Positions 48,767-60,436 of a stretch of DNA of 64,000 bases are shown here, piece by piece. Each line of letters starts with the position of its first letter. The stretch's first letter is position 1. This stretch comes from Camelus ferus (taxonomy: Eukaryota). The stretch is taken from assembly GCF_009834535.1 (NCBI RefSeq), contig NC_045696.1:37140001-37204000 (forward strand), in the 5' to 3' direction. The notes beneath the pieces were generated by a model, which did no database searches, had not been told where the DNA came from, and saw only the letters and a program-made list of their open reading frames with translations. A program made the translations under genes and the position numbers.

Positions 48767-51700
48767 TTAGATTCCACATATGAGCGATCTCATATGGTAT
48801 TTTTCTTTCTCTTTCTGCCTTACTTCACTTAGAATGACATTCTCCAGGAGCATCCATGTTGCTGCAAATGGCATTATGTTGTCGGTTTTTATGGCTGAGT
48901 AGTATTCCATTGTATAAATACACCACCTCTTCTTTATCCAGTCACCTGTTGATGGACATTTAGGCTGTTTCCATGTTTTGGATATTGTAAATAGTGCTGC
49001 TATGAACATTGGGGTGCAGGTGTCATCCTGAAGTAGATTTCCTTCTGGACACAAGCCCAGGAGTGGGATTCCTGGGTCATATGGTAAGTCTATTCCTAGT
49101 CTTTTGAGGAATCTCCACACTGTTTTCCATAGTGGCTGCACCAAACTGCATTCCCACCAGCAGTGTAGGAGGGTTCCCCTTTCTCCACAGCCTCTCCAGC
49201 ATTTGTCATTTGTGGATTTTTGAATGACGGCCATTCTGACTGGTGTGAGGTGATACCTCATTGTAGTTTTGATTTGCATTTCTCTGATAATTAGTGATAT
49301 TGAGCATTTTTTCATGTGCTTTTTGATCATTTGTATGTCTTCCTTGGAGAATTGCTTGTTTAGGTCCTCTGCCCATTTTTGGATTGGGTTGTTTATTTTT
49401 TTCTTATTGAGTCATATGAGCTGCTTATATATCCTGGAGATCAAGCCTTTGTCGGTTTCACTTGCAAAAATTTTCTCCCATTCCATAGGTTTTCTTCTTG
49501 TTTTATTTTTGGTTTCCTTTGCTGTGCAGAAGCTTGTAAGTTTCATTAGGTCCCATTTGTTTATTCTTGCTTTTATTTCTTCTAGGAGAAAATTTTTTAA
49601 ATGTATGTCAGATAATGTTTTGCCTATGTTTTCCTCTAGGAGGTTTATTGTATCTTGTCTTATGTTTAAGTCTTTAATCCATTTTGAGTTGATTTTTGTA
49701 TATGGTGTAAGGGAGTGTTCTAGCTTCATTGTTTTACATGCTGCTGTCCAGTTTTCCCAACACCATTTGCTGAAGAGACTGTCTTTATTCCAATGTATAT
49801 TCCTGCCTCCTTTGTCAAAGATGAGTTGACCAAAAGTTTGTGGGTTCATTTCTGGGCTCTCTATTCTGTTCCATTGGTCTATATGTCTGTTTTGGTACCA
49901 ATACCATGCTGTCTTGATGACTGTAGCTCTATAGTATTGTCTGAAGTCTGGGAGAGTTATTCCTCCAGCCTCTTTCTTTCTCTTCAGTAATGCTTTGGCA
50001 ATTCTAGGTCTTTGATGGTTCCATATGAATTTTATCATGATTTTTTCTAGTGCTGTGAAATATGTCCTGGGTAATTGGATAGGGATTGCATTAAATCTGT
50101 AGATTGCCTTGGACAGTGTGACCATTTTAACAATATTGATTCTTCCAATCCAAGAGCATGGAATATCTTTCCATTTTTTAAAGTCTTCTTTAATTTCCTT
50201 CATCAATGGTTTATAGTTTTCTGTGTATAATTCTTTCACCTCCTTGGTTAGATTTATTCCCAGATATTTTATGACTTTGGATGCCATTTTAAAGGGGATT
50301 GTTTCTTTACTTTCTTCTTCTGTTGATTTATCATTAGTGTAAAGAAATGCAACTGATTTTTGAACGTTAATTTTGTAACCTGCTACCTTGCTGAATTCTT
50401 CAATCAGCTCTAGTAGCTTTTGTGTGGACCTTTTAGGGTTTTCTATATATAGTAACATGTCATCAGCATATAATGACACTTTTACCTCTTCTTTTCCAAT
50501 TTGGATCCCTTTTATTTCTTTCTCTTGCCTGACTGCTGTGGCTAGGACTTCCAGGACTATGTTGAATAGGAGTGGTGATAGTGGGCATCCTTGTCTTGTC
50601 CCAGATTTTAGTGGGAAGCTTTTGAGTTTTTCCCCGTTGAGTACTATGCTGGCTGTAGGTTTGTCATATATAGCTTTTATTATGTTGAGATATGTTCCCT
50701 CTATACTCACTTTGGCGAGAGTTTTTATCATAAATGGGTGTTGAATTTTATCAAATGCTTTTTCTGCATCGATTGAGATGATCATGTGGTTTTTGTCCTT
50801 TCTCTTGTTGATGTGATGTATTACACTGATTGATTTGCATATGTTGAACCAGCCTTGTGTCCCTGGGATGAACCCCACTTGGTCATGATGTATAATCTTT
50901 TTTATGTGTTGTTGGATTCTATTTGCTAAAATTTTGGTGAGGATTTTGGCGTCTATGTTCATCAGTGATATTGGCCTATAATTCTCTGTTTTTGGAGTGT
51001 CTTTGCCTGGTTTTGGTATCAGGGTGATGGTGGCTTCATAGAATGAGTTTGGGAGTATTCCCTCCTTTTCAGTCATCTGGAAGAGTTTGAGAAGGACTGG
51101 TATGAGTTCTTTGTATGTTTGGTAGAATTCCCCGGTGAAGCCGTCCGGTCTTGGACTTTTATTTGTAGGGAGGTTTTTAATTGCTATTTCTATTTCCTTT
51201 CTAGTGATCGGATTGTTCAAGTGTTCAGATTCTTCTTGATTCAGTTTTGGTGGACAGTATGTTTCCAGAAGCTTGTCCATCTCCTCTAGGTTATCCAGTT
51301 TGGTTCCATATAGTTTTTCATAATATTCTCGTATGATATTCTGTATTTCTATTTTGTTTGTTGTAATTTCTCCATTTTCCTTTCTTATTTTGCTAATTTG
51401 TGCTCTCTCTTTTTTCTTCTTTGTGAGTTTGGCCAGAGGTTTGTCGATTTTATTTACTTTTTCAAAAAACCAGCTTTTGGTTTGGTTGATTTTTTTCTAT
51501 GGTCTTGTTAATCTCTATTGTATTTAATTCCTCTCTGATCTTTATTATGTCCTTCCTTCTGCTGCTTTTTGGGGCTTTTTGTTCTTCTTTTTCTAATTCA
51601 TTCAGGTGGTGGGTTAAATTGTTTATTTGAGATTGTTCTTTTTTGAGGAAGGCCTGTATCGCTATAAACTTCCCTCTTAGCACTGCCTTTGCTGTGTCCC

Positions 51701-52559
51701 ATAGGTTTTGAGTGGTTGTGCTTTCATTATCATTTGTCTCAAGGTATTTTTTAATTTCAGCTTTGATTTCCTCATTGATCCATTGTTTTTTCAATAACAT
51801 ATTGTTTAATCTCCATGCTTTCCTTTTTTTCTCCTTTGTTTCTCTGTTGTTGATTTCCAGTTTCATGGCATTGTGGTCAGTAAAGATGCTTGAGATAATT
51901 TCTATCTTCTTAAAATTGTTGAGGTTTCTTTTGTGCCCAAGTACATGATCGATCCTGGAGAATGTTCCATGTGCACTTGAAAAGAATGTATATCCTATTT
52001 TTTGGGGGTGTAATGCTCTGAAAATATCCACCAAATCTAGTTTTTCTATTGTAGTATTTAATTTCTCTGTTGCCTTGTTTATTTTCTGTCTGGAAGATCT
52101 GTCTAGTGATGTTAATGCAGTGTTAAAATCTCCAACTACGATTGTATTCCCATCAATATCCCCCTTTATCTCTGTTAGTAATTCTTGTATGTACTTAGGT
52201 GCTCCTATATTGGGTGCATATATATTAACGAGTGTAATATCCTCATCTTGTATCACTCCTTTAATCATTATAAAATGTCCTTCTTTATCTTTCTTTATGG
52301 CCTTTGTTTTAAAGTCTATTTTGTCTGAAATCAGTACTGCAACACCTGCTGTTTTGGCTTTTCCATTTGCATGGAATATCCTTTTCCATCCTTTCACTCT
52401 CAATCTATATGTGTCCTTCTCCCTAAAGTGGGTCTCTTGTATGCAGCATATTGAAGGTTCTTGCTTTATTATCCAGTCTGCCACTCTGTGTCTTTTGACT
52501 GGAGCATTTAGTCCATTAACATTTACAGTAATTAATGATAGATGTGTGTTTATTGCCAT
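48767..52559 (-). pseudogene. L1 ORF2 (APE endonuclease, reverse transcriptase, CCHC domain), ~1263 aa if repaired; one frameshift and one nonsense codon
   Basis: ORF segments 51462-52559 (NVNGLN, QETH, YAPN, GDFN, RIDH, TDHN endonuclease motifs), 49412-51280 ([24 protein letters not shown]) and 48767-49330 ([18 protein letters not shown]). There is a +1 A in an A-run near 51490 and an in-frame TGA at 49412-49414. Confidence 0.97.
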
Positions 52560-52963
52560 TTTGAACTTATCTTTGGAGTTGAATTGGTATATCCTCTTTG
52601 TTCCTTTCTTCTTCCTTTTGTGGTTTGGTAATTTTCCTTTGTATTATCATGGGTTTTATTTAATTTTTGTGACTCCTTTGTAAATTTTTGGCTTGTGGTT
52701 ATCCTTTTTTGTAAATCTATCAACCCATTACTAGAACTGTTTTTATTAAACTGATAGTAACATGATCTCAAACCCATCCTACTGTTAAAAAATTTTAAAA
52801 AAGAAAGAAAAAAATATTCTATATTTCCCTGCCTCCCTCTCCCACTCTCAGTGATTTGTATGTCTTCTTTTATAATTTCATGTTTACTTTATTTGTAATT
52901 CATGAGTTATCACCTTTCCAGCTGTGTGTTTCTCATTTCTGTAGCATCCTGCTGCTTTTCTAT

Positions 52964-53864
52964 TTAGAATAGCCCTTTCAATATTTCTTTTAGCATGGGT
53001 TTAGTGTTGCTAAACTCCTGCAGCTTTTTTTTTTTGTCTGTGAAACTCTTTATTTCTCCTTCTATCCTCAAGGATAGCCTTGCTGGATAAAGGATCCTAG
53101 GCTGCATGTTTTTTTTCATTCAGGGCTTTGAATATATCTTGCCACTCCCTTCTGGCCTGTAGTGTTTGTGTAGAGAAATCAGCTGAGAGCCTGATGGGGG
53201 TTCCCTTGTAACTTACTCTTTGCTTTTCTCTTGCTGCCTTTAGAATCATTTCTTTATCCTTGACTCTGGCCATCTTGATCATGGTATGTCTTGGTGTGGG
53301 TCTATTTGGGTTCTTCCTGTTTGGGGCCCTCTGAGCTTCCTGTACTCAGATATCTGATTCCAAGTTTGGGAAGTTTTCAGTCATGATTTCTTCAAAAACC
53401 TTTTCAATCCCCTTTGATCTTTCTTCTCCTTCTGGGACCCCTATTATGCGAAGATTGGGACGCTTTATATTATCCCATAGGTCCCCTATGCTATTTTCAT
53501 TATTTTTTATTTGCTTCTCTTGTAGTTCTTCTGAATGGGTGCTTTCTATTGCCCTGTCTTCTAGATCACTAATTCGTTCCTCTGCATTATCTAGTCGGCT
53601 TTGCACAGCTATTAGATCATTCCTCATCTCTGTCGATGAGTTTACCCATTCTACTTGGCTCTTCTTTATAGCTTCAATTTCATTTTTGACATATTTTATA
53701 TCTCTAAACACTATCTCTTTTAATTCCTTCAGCAATTCGATCACTCCTTTTTTGAAATCTTGATCTAGTAGGCTATCGATGTCTACTTCGTTGATCTTTC
53801 TTTCAGGGGATTTCTCTTGTTCTTTTAATTGGGAAAGGTTTTTCTGCTTCTTCATCTTGCTCAT
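52964..53864 (-). pseudogene. L1 ORF1 (coiled-coil/RRM RNA-binding protein), ~299 aa if repaired; one nonsense codon and one frameshift
   Basis: ORFs 53346-53864 (LWDNIKRPNLRIIGVPEGEE, ENFPNL) and 53097-53282 (ILKAAREK, PIRLSADFS, ARREW) share a frame across a TGA at 53346-53348. After a +1 A near 53110 the frame continues PRILYPARLS...KGLF to TAA at 52964. Confidence 0.95.
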
Positions 53865-55539
53865 ACCTCTTTGGCACTGTGGTTTATGGAGTATCAGTTG
53901 TTTATTTTGGTCCTTAAGGATTTTATCTATCTGATGCCTATTTAGGAATAGAACTTAGGAAAAAAAGAAAAAAAGAGAGAGAGAGAAAGAATTTTAAAAG
54001 AAGGGAGAAAGAGGGTTTGAAAACAGTGTATAATGAATAATAGAAGAGTGAGTTGAAGCAGAGTATTAATCGGGTTGAGACGTCCTTTTAAAACCTTTAC
54101 AAAAAAGGGGGGGGGAGATGAATAGATGTATTTGAAACCTGTGTCTAATCAATAGCAGGACATCAAAACCCAAGAGAAATAGAAATGAATTAAGAAGTAA
54201 AGATTAAGAGAGTAATAGAAAATAGAACAGGTAAAAACAGATTTAAAAAAAAAGGGGGGGGGGTGGTTTGTCGGTGTTCTCCTGGAGTCTGTGTGCTTTT
54301 AATGTGAAGTCTTCCGTGTCTTCGTCCTGTTTTGGAAGCCTCAGCTTGCTGTTTTCAGAGGCCCTCCGTTGGCGCCCTCTTCTGTGCTGCTCCCAGCACC
54401 TGTCGGCAAGCAGATCGCTGCCTCCTCCTAACACTGGGTCAGGTGCAGCTCTCTGCTGTGGGCGGGCGGGTCGCTGCCCCTCGGGATGCCGCAGTCAGAT
54501 GTTGCAGACTGGCCAGGTAGGAGGGCGGGTCGTGCCCCCTCCCAGCACCTCGGTCAGGGGCTGTGTTCCTGCCCGAAAGGTGGGGGGCGCTCTCGCTCTA
54601 CCTGCGCCGTCGCTGGTAGCTCCGCTGCTCTGTGCAGCTGCGCGCTCCGCCCCGGTCGGCGCTCCGCGGGTGGGCTCGGGGAAGACCGAGGGACAGCCCT
54701 GTCCCTGCTCCGAGCCAAAACCCAGCTCCTTGTTTGTCTTTGTGGAGCAAGTTCTCTGAGGGACCAGGATGGAAGGATCCTATCTGCCCCAGGCTGCAGG
54801 CCAGTCTCAGTCTGGCCTTTGAGGCTGCTAAGCCCTTCGGTGCCGATGCAGGTTTCCCCCCCGCCCCCGCCTGGGTGCTCAGCCCGGAGGATATGGCGGC
54901 TGTGTCTGAGCCCCGCCTCTCTTCCCCCGAAAACTTTCCGCGGGTTTTCAGAGATGGGGGTGTGCACCCTTCCCCCAAGAGCACATCAACCTTACTGTTT
55001 TATGGAGGGCCCTGGTTGTTCTGCCCTGTGCACCCACAGCCACGGCGCGCAGCCCCTTGTGTTCCCCCGTGGCTGCCTACGTGCAGCCACTTCCGTCCTC
55101 CGCCCGGCTTGTGCAGCCTGGCCCTGCCCGCCGCTGCCCGCCGGCGTCTCAGGCTGGGTGTCGGGGGGACGCTCTGTGCCAGTTTAACTTAGTTCTGTTA
55201 GTCAAGGGCTGCTCTGTACAGATCCGAGCCTGGGAGGCTCCCCCTCCGTCCTGCTGGCCTCTCAGTTGGAGAGGGGAGATCCAGCGAGCGAGCGCCAGGC
55301 CTCCTTTGCCGCTCCCTCCCCGCGGGACCGGTCCCGCGCTGCTTTGCCTTTTGTTCTTTCTTTTTTCCTTTTCTCCTACCAGATTTTTGGCATCTTTATC
55401 TTTTGAAGAGGGCGATGTTCTGTCGGAGTTCCACAGGTGCTCTGGTTGGCTGAGTGGGTCTGTAGATGTGGGTCTTGGTGTATTTGTGGGAGAGGGTGAC
55501 TTGCGAGCGTCCTTCTACTCCGCCATCTTCTCCGTCTCT
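53865..55539 (-). promoter_or_regulatory. L1 5'UTR / internal Pol II promoter with CpG-island-like segment and YY1-type site
   Basis: GC- and CpG-dense 54350-55530. CGCCATCTT at 55521-55529 is AAGATGGCG on the element strand, the YY1 core typical of L1 5' ends. Confidence 0.85.
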
Positions 55540-55879
55540 CAGAAATTATTTTCAACTGACATATTTATTCAAGAATATTTCCTGTAAATATTGAAAGCTT
55601 TAGGATCCTTCTAACTCCTCCTCCAGTGACATGGAGTATATCTACCAGACGTCTCATTCTTACCCTCTATCAGTCAAAGTAGTGCTTGTTATAGGAGGTA
55701 TTTCTAAAGAAAAGTCTTGCAAGTAAAATTGGCCTAATCTTCCATGGCAGTAGAAGTCAAAAGATAATCATGATCTTTTGTTTCAGATAATTCATAATCC
55801 ATGCATTCAATATATTTTCTATAGAATGATGCAATTTTTATAAAAGAGTGATTTTTCAAAAGAGTTCAGAAATAAGTAA

Positions 55880-56520
55880 GGGTTAGCCATGTATGTATCA
55901 GGGAGATAAGTGCTCTAGAAAAACAGAAGATAAAATATAAAGGCCATGAGGCATGACCGTATTTGCTGTTGTTAACAAGGGAAGCCAGGTGACCAGTGAA
56001 GAAAGAACAGAGTGAATGATAAGGACATTTGCAACAAATGAGGACAGATGATGGCCAGAGGTAGGATCCCTGTAGACACTAAGTAGAGATCTGACTGAGG
56101 GTAGCATAGCAGGGAGATAAGTCAAGGGCTCTTGCAGTGTCCTGGTTGAAGATCATAGTGGCTTTCTCTAGTTCAATGATAGAAGTAAAGGGTAGTTGTC
56201 AGAGTCAATTCATATTTTTACAAGGGCTTTAAAAAGTGTTTGATTCTAGAATTGATATGAGTTATAACAGAGGGAATTAAAGGATGATTTCAAGGACTTT
56301 GGCCTGAGCAACTAGAAGAACAGAGCTGATATTTAAATGGGGAATACCAGGGTAAGAGGTAAATATGAGGTGGAGACAGAGAAAACTTGGAATGAGATTG
56401 AATTTGGATGTAGTAAGTCTGTGATTCCTATTAGCTACCAAATGGAAATTTTGAATGTGGAGTTCTCAAATGTATGAATTTGGAGCCAAAGGAATAGGTC
56501 AGGGATAGAAATATAAATTG
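55880..56520 (-). mobile_element. LINE-2 relic
   Basis: Purine-rich segment with TTAGCCATG, GGAAGCCAG, AAGGATGATTTCAAGG..TTTGGCCTGAGCAACT and TTTGGATGTAGTAAGT, typical of the L2 antisense strand. Confidence 0.7.
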
Positions 56521-56629
56521 AGAGATAAAACATAAATTCAAATTCTGTTTATGCCATAAATTAGAAGGTTAAAAAAAGAGGAACATTGCCAAATTGTAGG
56601 GGAAAAAAAGTGGATTTTTTTCCCTCAAA

Positions 56630-56880
56630 ACTTAAGTTCAAATTTAGCTCAACCTCTTTAGAGCTGTTATCTTAGGTAGATTACTTAATCTTTCCAAATA
56701 TCAATATTGCAGTCACTGAAATAGAAATAATAGTGTCTAACTTCCAGTGTTGCTATGATATTTTCTGATACCTCGTATGTTTGTGTGTGTGCGTGTATGC
56801 TTATAATAAGGATCCTAGTAGTGTTCCGGACACACAGAACCATGTCATGTACATAATAAATGGCAACTGTTGTTGCTGTA
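56630..56880 (+). mobile_element. MIR SINE relic
   Basis: GTTCAAAT...TCTTAGGTAGATTACTTAATCT...AAATAGAAATAATAGTGTCTA...GACACACAG...AATAAATGGCA. Confidence 0.6.
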
Positions 56881-59837
56881 GATATTTAATGACTTGTTGA
56901 ATCTGAAAATACAGTAGCTTCTTTGCTTTAATTGATTCCAAATATTTTCATTATTTCTGTTGAAAGTGTTGGACCCCACCAAATTAATAATCAATTAATC
57001 ATTAATTAATGATGATTAATTAATAAATCATCTATTAAAAGCACTGGATTCCCAACAAGAATAATCAAGTATCTCCTTATGAGATAGATACAAATCTAGA
57101 CTATCTGATTTTGCTTTTAATTCTTACCTCAAAATCTAATAGTGTCTCTGATAATCTTAAGGACAACTGAAATAAAACAGCAAAAGCACTGTCAATCAAG
57201 ATACACAATATATGATAATATAAAATATCAAACAAAATTTATGAGAACATTTAAAATGATTGAGAGCTGTTTAACATAGAAGTTAAAACCTTGCTTCTGA
57301 GATACATCTATGGTTCTTTGCCTTTTTTTTTTAAATTTTCAATGAAATCTTCACAGGTTATGGTACTTGATTTGATTTTTCTCATTAACTGCTTTGTTTC
57401 CCACTTACTATACTGACCTAGAATCTATTGAATATACATTCCTTACAACAGTTTCCAGCTCAAGGTCAGACCTGGATTGGTTGAATGGATGAATGATCTT
57501 TATTGAAAGCTTAAGTACAGTTGAGAAATAAATTTAGAAATCTTGTTTAATTACCATAGTGTTCTTGAAATAAATGATGAAGTTTCAAACATCAATGACA
57601 TTTAATAAATTGAATTTCTAGAGGTGTTCATTTATGCCAACCTCATTGAAGGCACAGTGTCTAATTTAACCTAGAAAAAGATTTTATTTAAGAGAAGCCA
57701 GACCTTGAACTATCCATTACTTTTAATGATGATTTCCATATATTTCTACTTGTTTATTTAGTACTTAGGCCTCTAACAATCAGGAATTCTGAATTTGTTA
57801 ACAGTATATAAATCCTTTACCTATATATAATTTAGAGTAGTAAGAATTTCAATTGGAATGTGCCAAATTAAATAACAGAACAGAAAGATACATAACTCTT
57901 TTGGAGTCTTTAAGGTACTGTTAAAATCTAAATGGCTTGCTTCATTTTTTGTTATAAAAGTTTTGCTTTTATAATACATAATAAATTCTATGAAATGGCA
58001 CAGTGTTGGTCACGATTGTTTCATATATTCTGCATGTTTCATTTCAGTGATATTAAATTGGTATAACTTATTTGTTGAAATATAGTATTTTCAACATAAA
58101 AAAGGAGTTTATGCTAAGACAAATAGAAACAAAAGAAATTCTAACATCCTCCCTTTGGAGGTAGCTTAGTTCGGTATAAAGTATTTGAACTTTGAAATTG
58201 GGCAGATGTAGGTTTAAAAATGCCAATTTCTGCTAATAAAACAGTGGAGGTGAGTGGGTAATGACATATCATGGAAGGAATTAAATAAAACATCATATGA
58301 AAAATCCTCAGCAAAATAGCTGACAGATACTATATGCTCAGTTGTCAGTTTTCTTCAACATTCATCTAGCTCTGTTTTATAGCTGGAGGCAGAGTGGTTT
58401 AAACCAATACGCTTCCAAGCCCTTGATAAAATCAGATTGCCTATATTGAGGGTGAATTTTCTGTCAAATTGCTAAAATTAAGGTGGATGTCGTAGGATGA
58501 AAAATCATCAGTATGTTATCTTGACAAATTAAATTTTAAAAGTTTTCAACACCTTCCTAATGACTAAATCTCTCAAGATGAAGAGTTTGAAAGAGCTAAA
58601 GGTAACCCTCAATCAAGAAGATTATATGGTGAAAAATTGCCTTGAACATTGTCTTTCTAAGTGCTATTACAAATCTGCACCTGAAAAAAATTGTAAAATT
58701 TTACTGGAGAGGAAAATCATACCAATTGTGAAGTAAGGATACTTGGCCTTTGAAAAGTGCAAGTGGTGTCTGATTATAAGTTTACTGATTTATTTAGGCA
58801 ACATGCTACTTGTAGCTCACACTTTCAACTGTCATTTAAATTGTATTCAACTTCAGCTTAACTTGTATTCAGCTCATTGCAAACCTTAGGAATCCAAATT
58901 TAATGCTGCTTCACAGGGTAGGGACACTTATAATCTCTTTCCAGCTCAAACCTGGCTGATGAAAACAATACATTGCTTTCTCAGCCATTCAAATTAATTG
59001 TGAAATCAAAAGAAACAAATGATGATTAACCAGCTTGCCATTTGAGTGGCATTCCTGGCTTAACTCTGTATCTACTATAAATTCTAGCTTAAAATTTAAA
59101 GAAAAGGCAAATGACCTTTTAACTTACAGGATATTATGTTTTGGCAAGTAGATCAGCCTTAACCGAAATCAAAGAGGAATAAATCATATTTGAACATTCG
59201 TCCATTTAAAAAAATATTGTGTACATATACACTGAAATACCAATCAATATTCAGTCTTCTTCACTCCTTCCTTTCCCTCCCTCCCTCTCTCTTTGCTTAT
59301 GTCCTTTCACTCTTCCTTCCTTCTTTTTGTCCTTCCTTCCTTTTTTCTTCATTTCTTCCTCTCTTTAATAGGCAATAGCTTCTGTAATGTATACCAGATG
59401 AAGTAAAAAATTTTAAGTGGATATCAGTTTGTAGATATTCATTAACAAGTTTTATCACAGTAGACATAAGAATCTTTATTGTGAAAGTTAAGTTGGAGTC
59501 CTGTCAGTGAATTTTTAGATTAATACCAATTCTTTGAGGGAAATACCGAACTTTATCCTAAGCAAATATAGTATTTACAAAGCCTACAGTATGGACTAAA
59601 TAATTAGAAGCTAGAAGTAAAAAGGAACACTTGTTTTAGCTTTTAACAAGTTTTTGAAACGCTAGAAATATGTAAATACATAGGTGTATATATCCATAAT
59701 TTATGTATGTGTGTAGCTTTTATGTTTTATGTGCATCCCATCTCTCCTTGTATAATTACAGCTTTACCTACAGAAGTATTGAATTACTTGCATTGTTAGC
59801 TTGCCTAACATTATATCAAGATAGTTCAGGAAGATAA

Positions 59838-60436
59838 TGTTGCCGAAAGATCGGCGCCCATCCCGAATGAGTCAAATTGAAACTCAGAGACAGGGTCTTA
59901 GAGCTTAGAAAAAAAGAGACAACTTTATTGCTTTGACGGAGAAGGGGACTCCCAGCAGGCTGGTGCCTTCAAAACTGTGATCCCACCTTGGGGATGGGGC
60001 AGGGTGATTATATAGCCATAGCTCAAACAATAAAGCATCAGTAACAATCAACAAAATCATTTTCTTCTAATAAGACTCAGAGTGGCGTCATGGTGTCTCC
60101 AGGTGACCAAGTCTGTAGGGCTAATGGTTGTTGTTCTTTTCATCTCTTTATTTTAGAAGAGCCCAAGGTGTGGTTTTCTTGGTAATTCAGGCTATTTTGT
60201 AAGGTTGCAGTTCTGTGACCTTCTTCCTGGAGAACGACTTAGAAACCAAGCATGATTGTTACTTTCGATTACTGGAGTAAAGTCGAAATAGTAAAATTAA
60301 TGTCTTTATTTTAACAATGGGCCTGGAGCTGTGTGTAGCAACCGGTCACTCAGGTCAGTTGACTGTTCTAAGGGCAAGCATAGAATTAGCAATCTGTTAG
60401 CCTAAGTTCGGCCATTTTATTAATCCTCCTTCAACA
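59838..60436 (-). mobile_element. ERV1-like solo LTR (~600 bp)
   Basis: TGTTG...CAACA inverted termini, CTTTATTG at ~59923, TTATATAG at ~60008 and retained CpGs. No clear TSD. Confidence 0.8.

Larger units (their letters stand above)
48441..55539 (-). mobile_element. Full-length young LINE-1 (~7.1 kb)
   Basis: Poly-T tail from 48441. Identical 14-bp flanking repeat CAGAAATTATTTTC at 48427-48440 and 55540-55553. ORF1, ORF2 and a GC-rich 5'UTR lie in the correct order, and the 5' end reads GAGAGACGGAGAAGATGGCGG on the minus strand. Confidence 0.98.

Noticed and set aside
49269..53763. + strand ORFs (186, 118, 202, 126 aa) as membrane proteins
   Set aside because: Antisense shadows of L1 ORF1/ORF2. 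Their hydrophobicity comes from the T-rich strand.
54243..55587. Multiple long overlapping ORFs (up to 233 aa) in the L1 5'UTR as novel genes or an ORF0 analogue
   Set aside because: Both strands and several frames are open, as expected in very GC-rich, stop-poor sequence. No recognisable domain, and family-level conservation would be needed.
58073..58096. Inverted repeat TGTTGAAA...TTTCAACA
   Set aside because: An 8-bp AT-rich stem is expected by chance in 64 kb.
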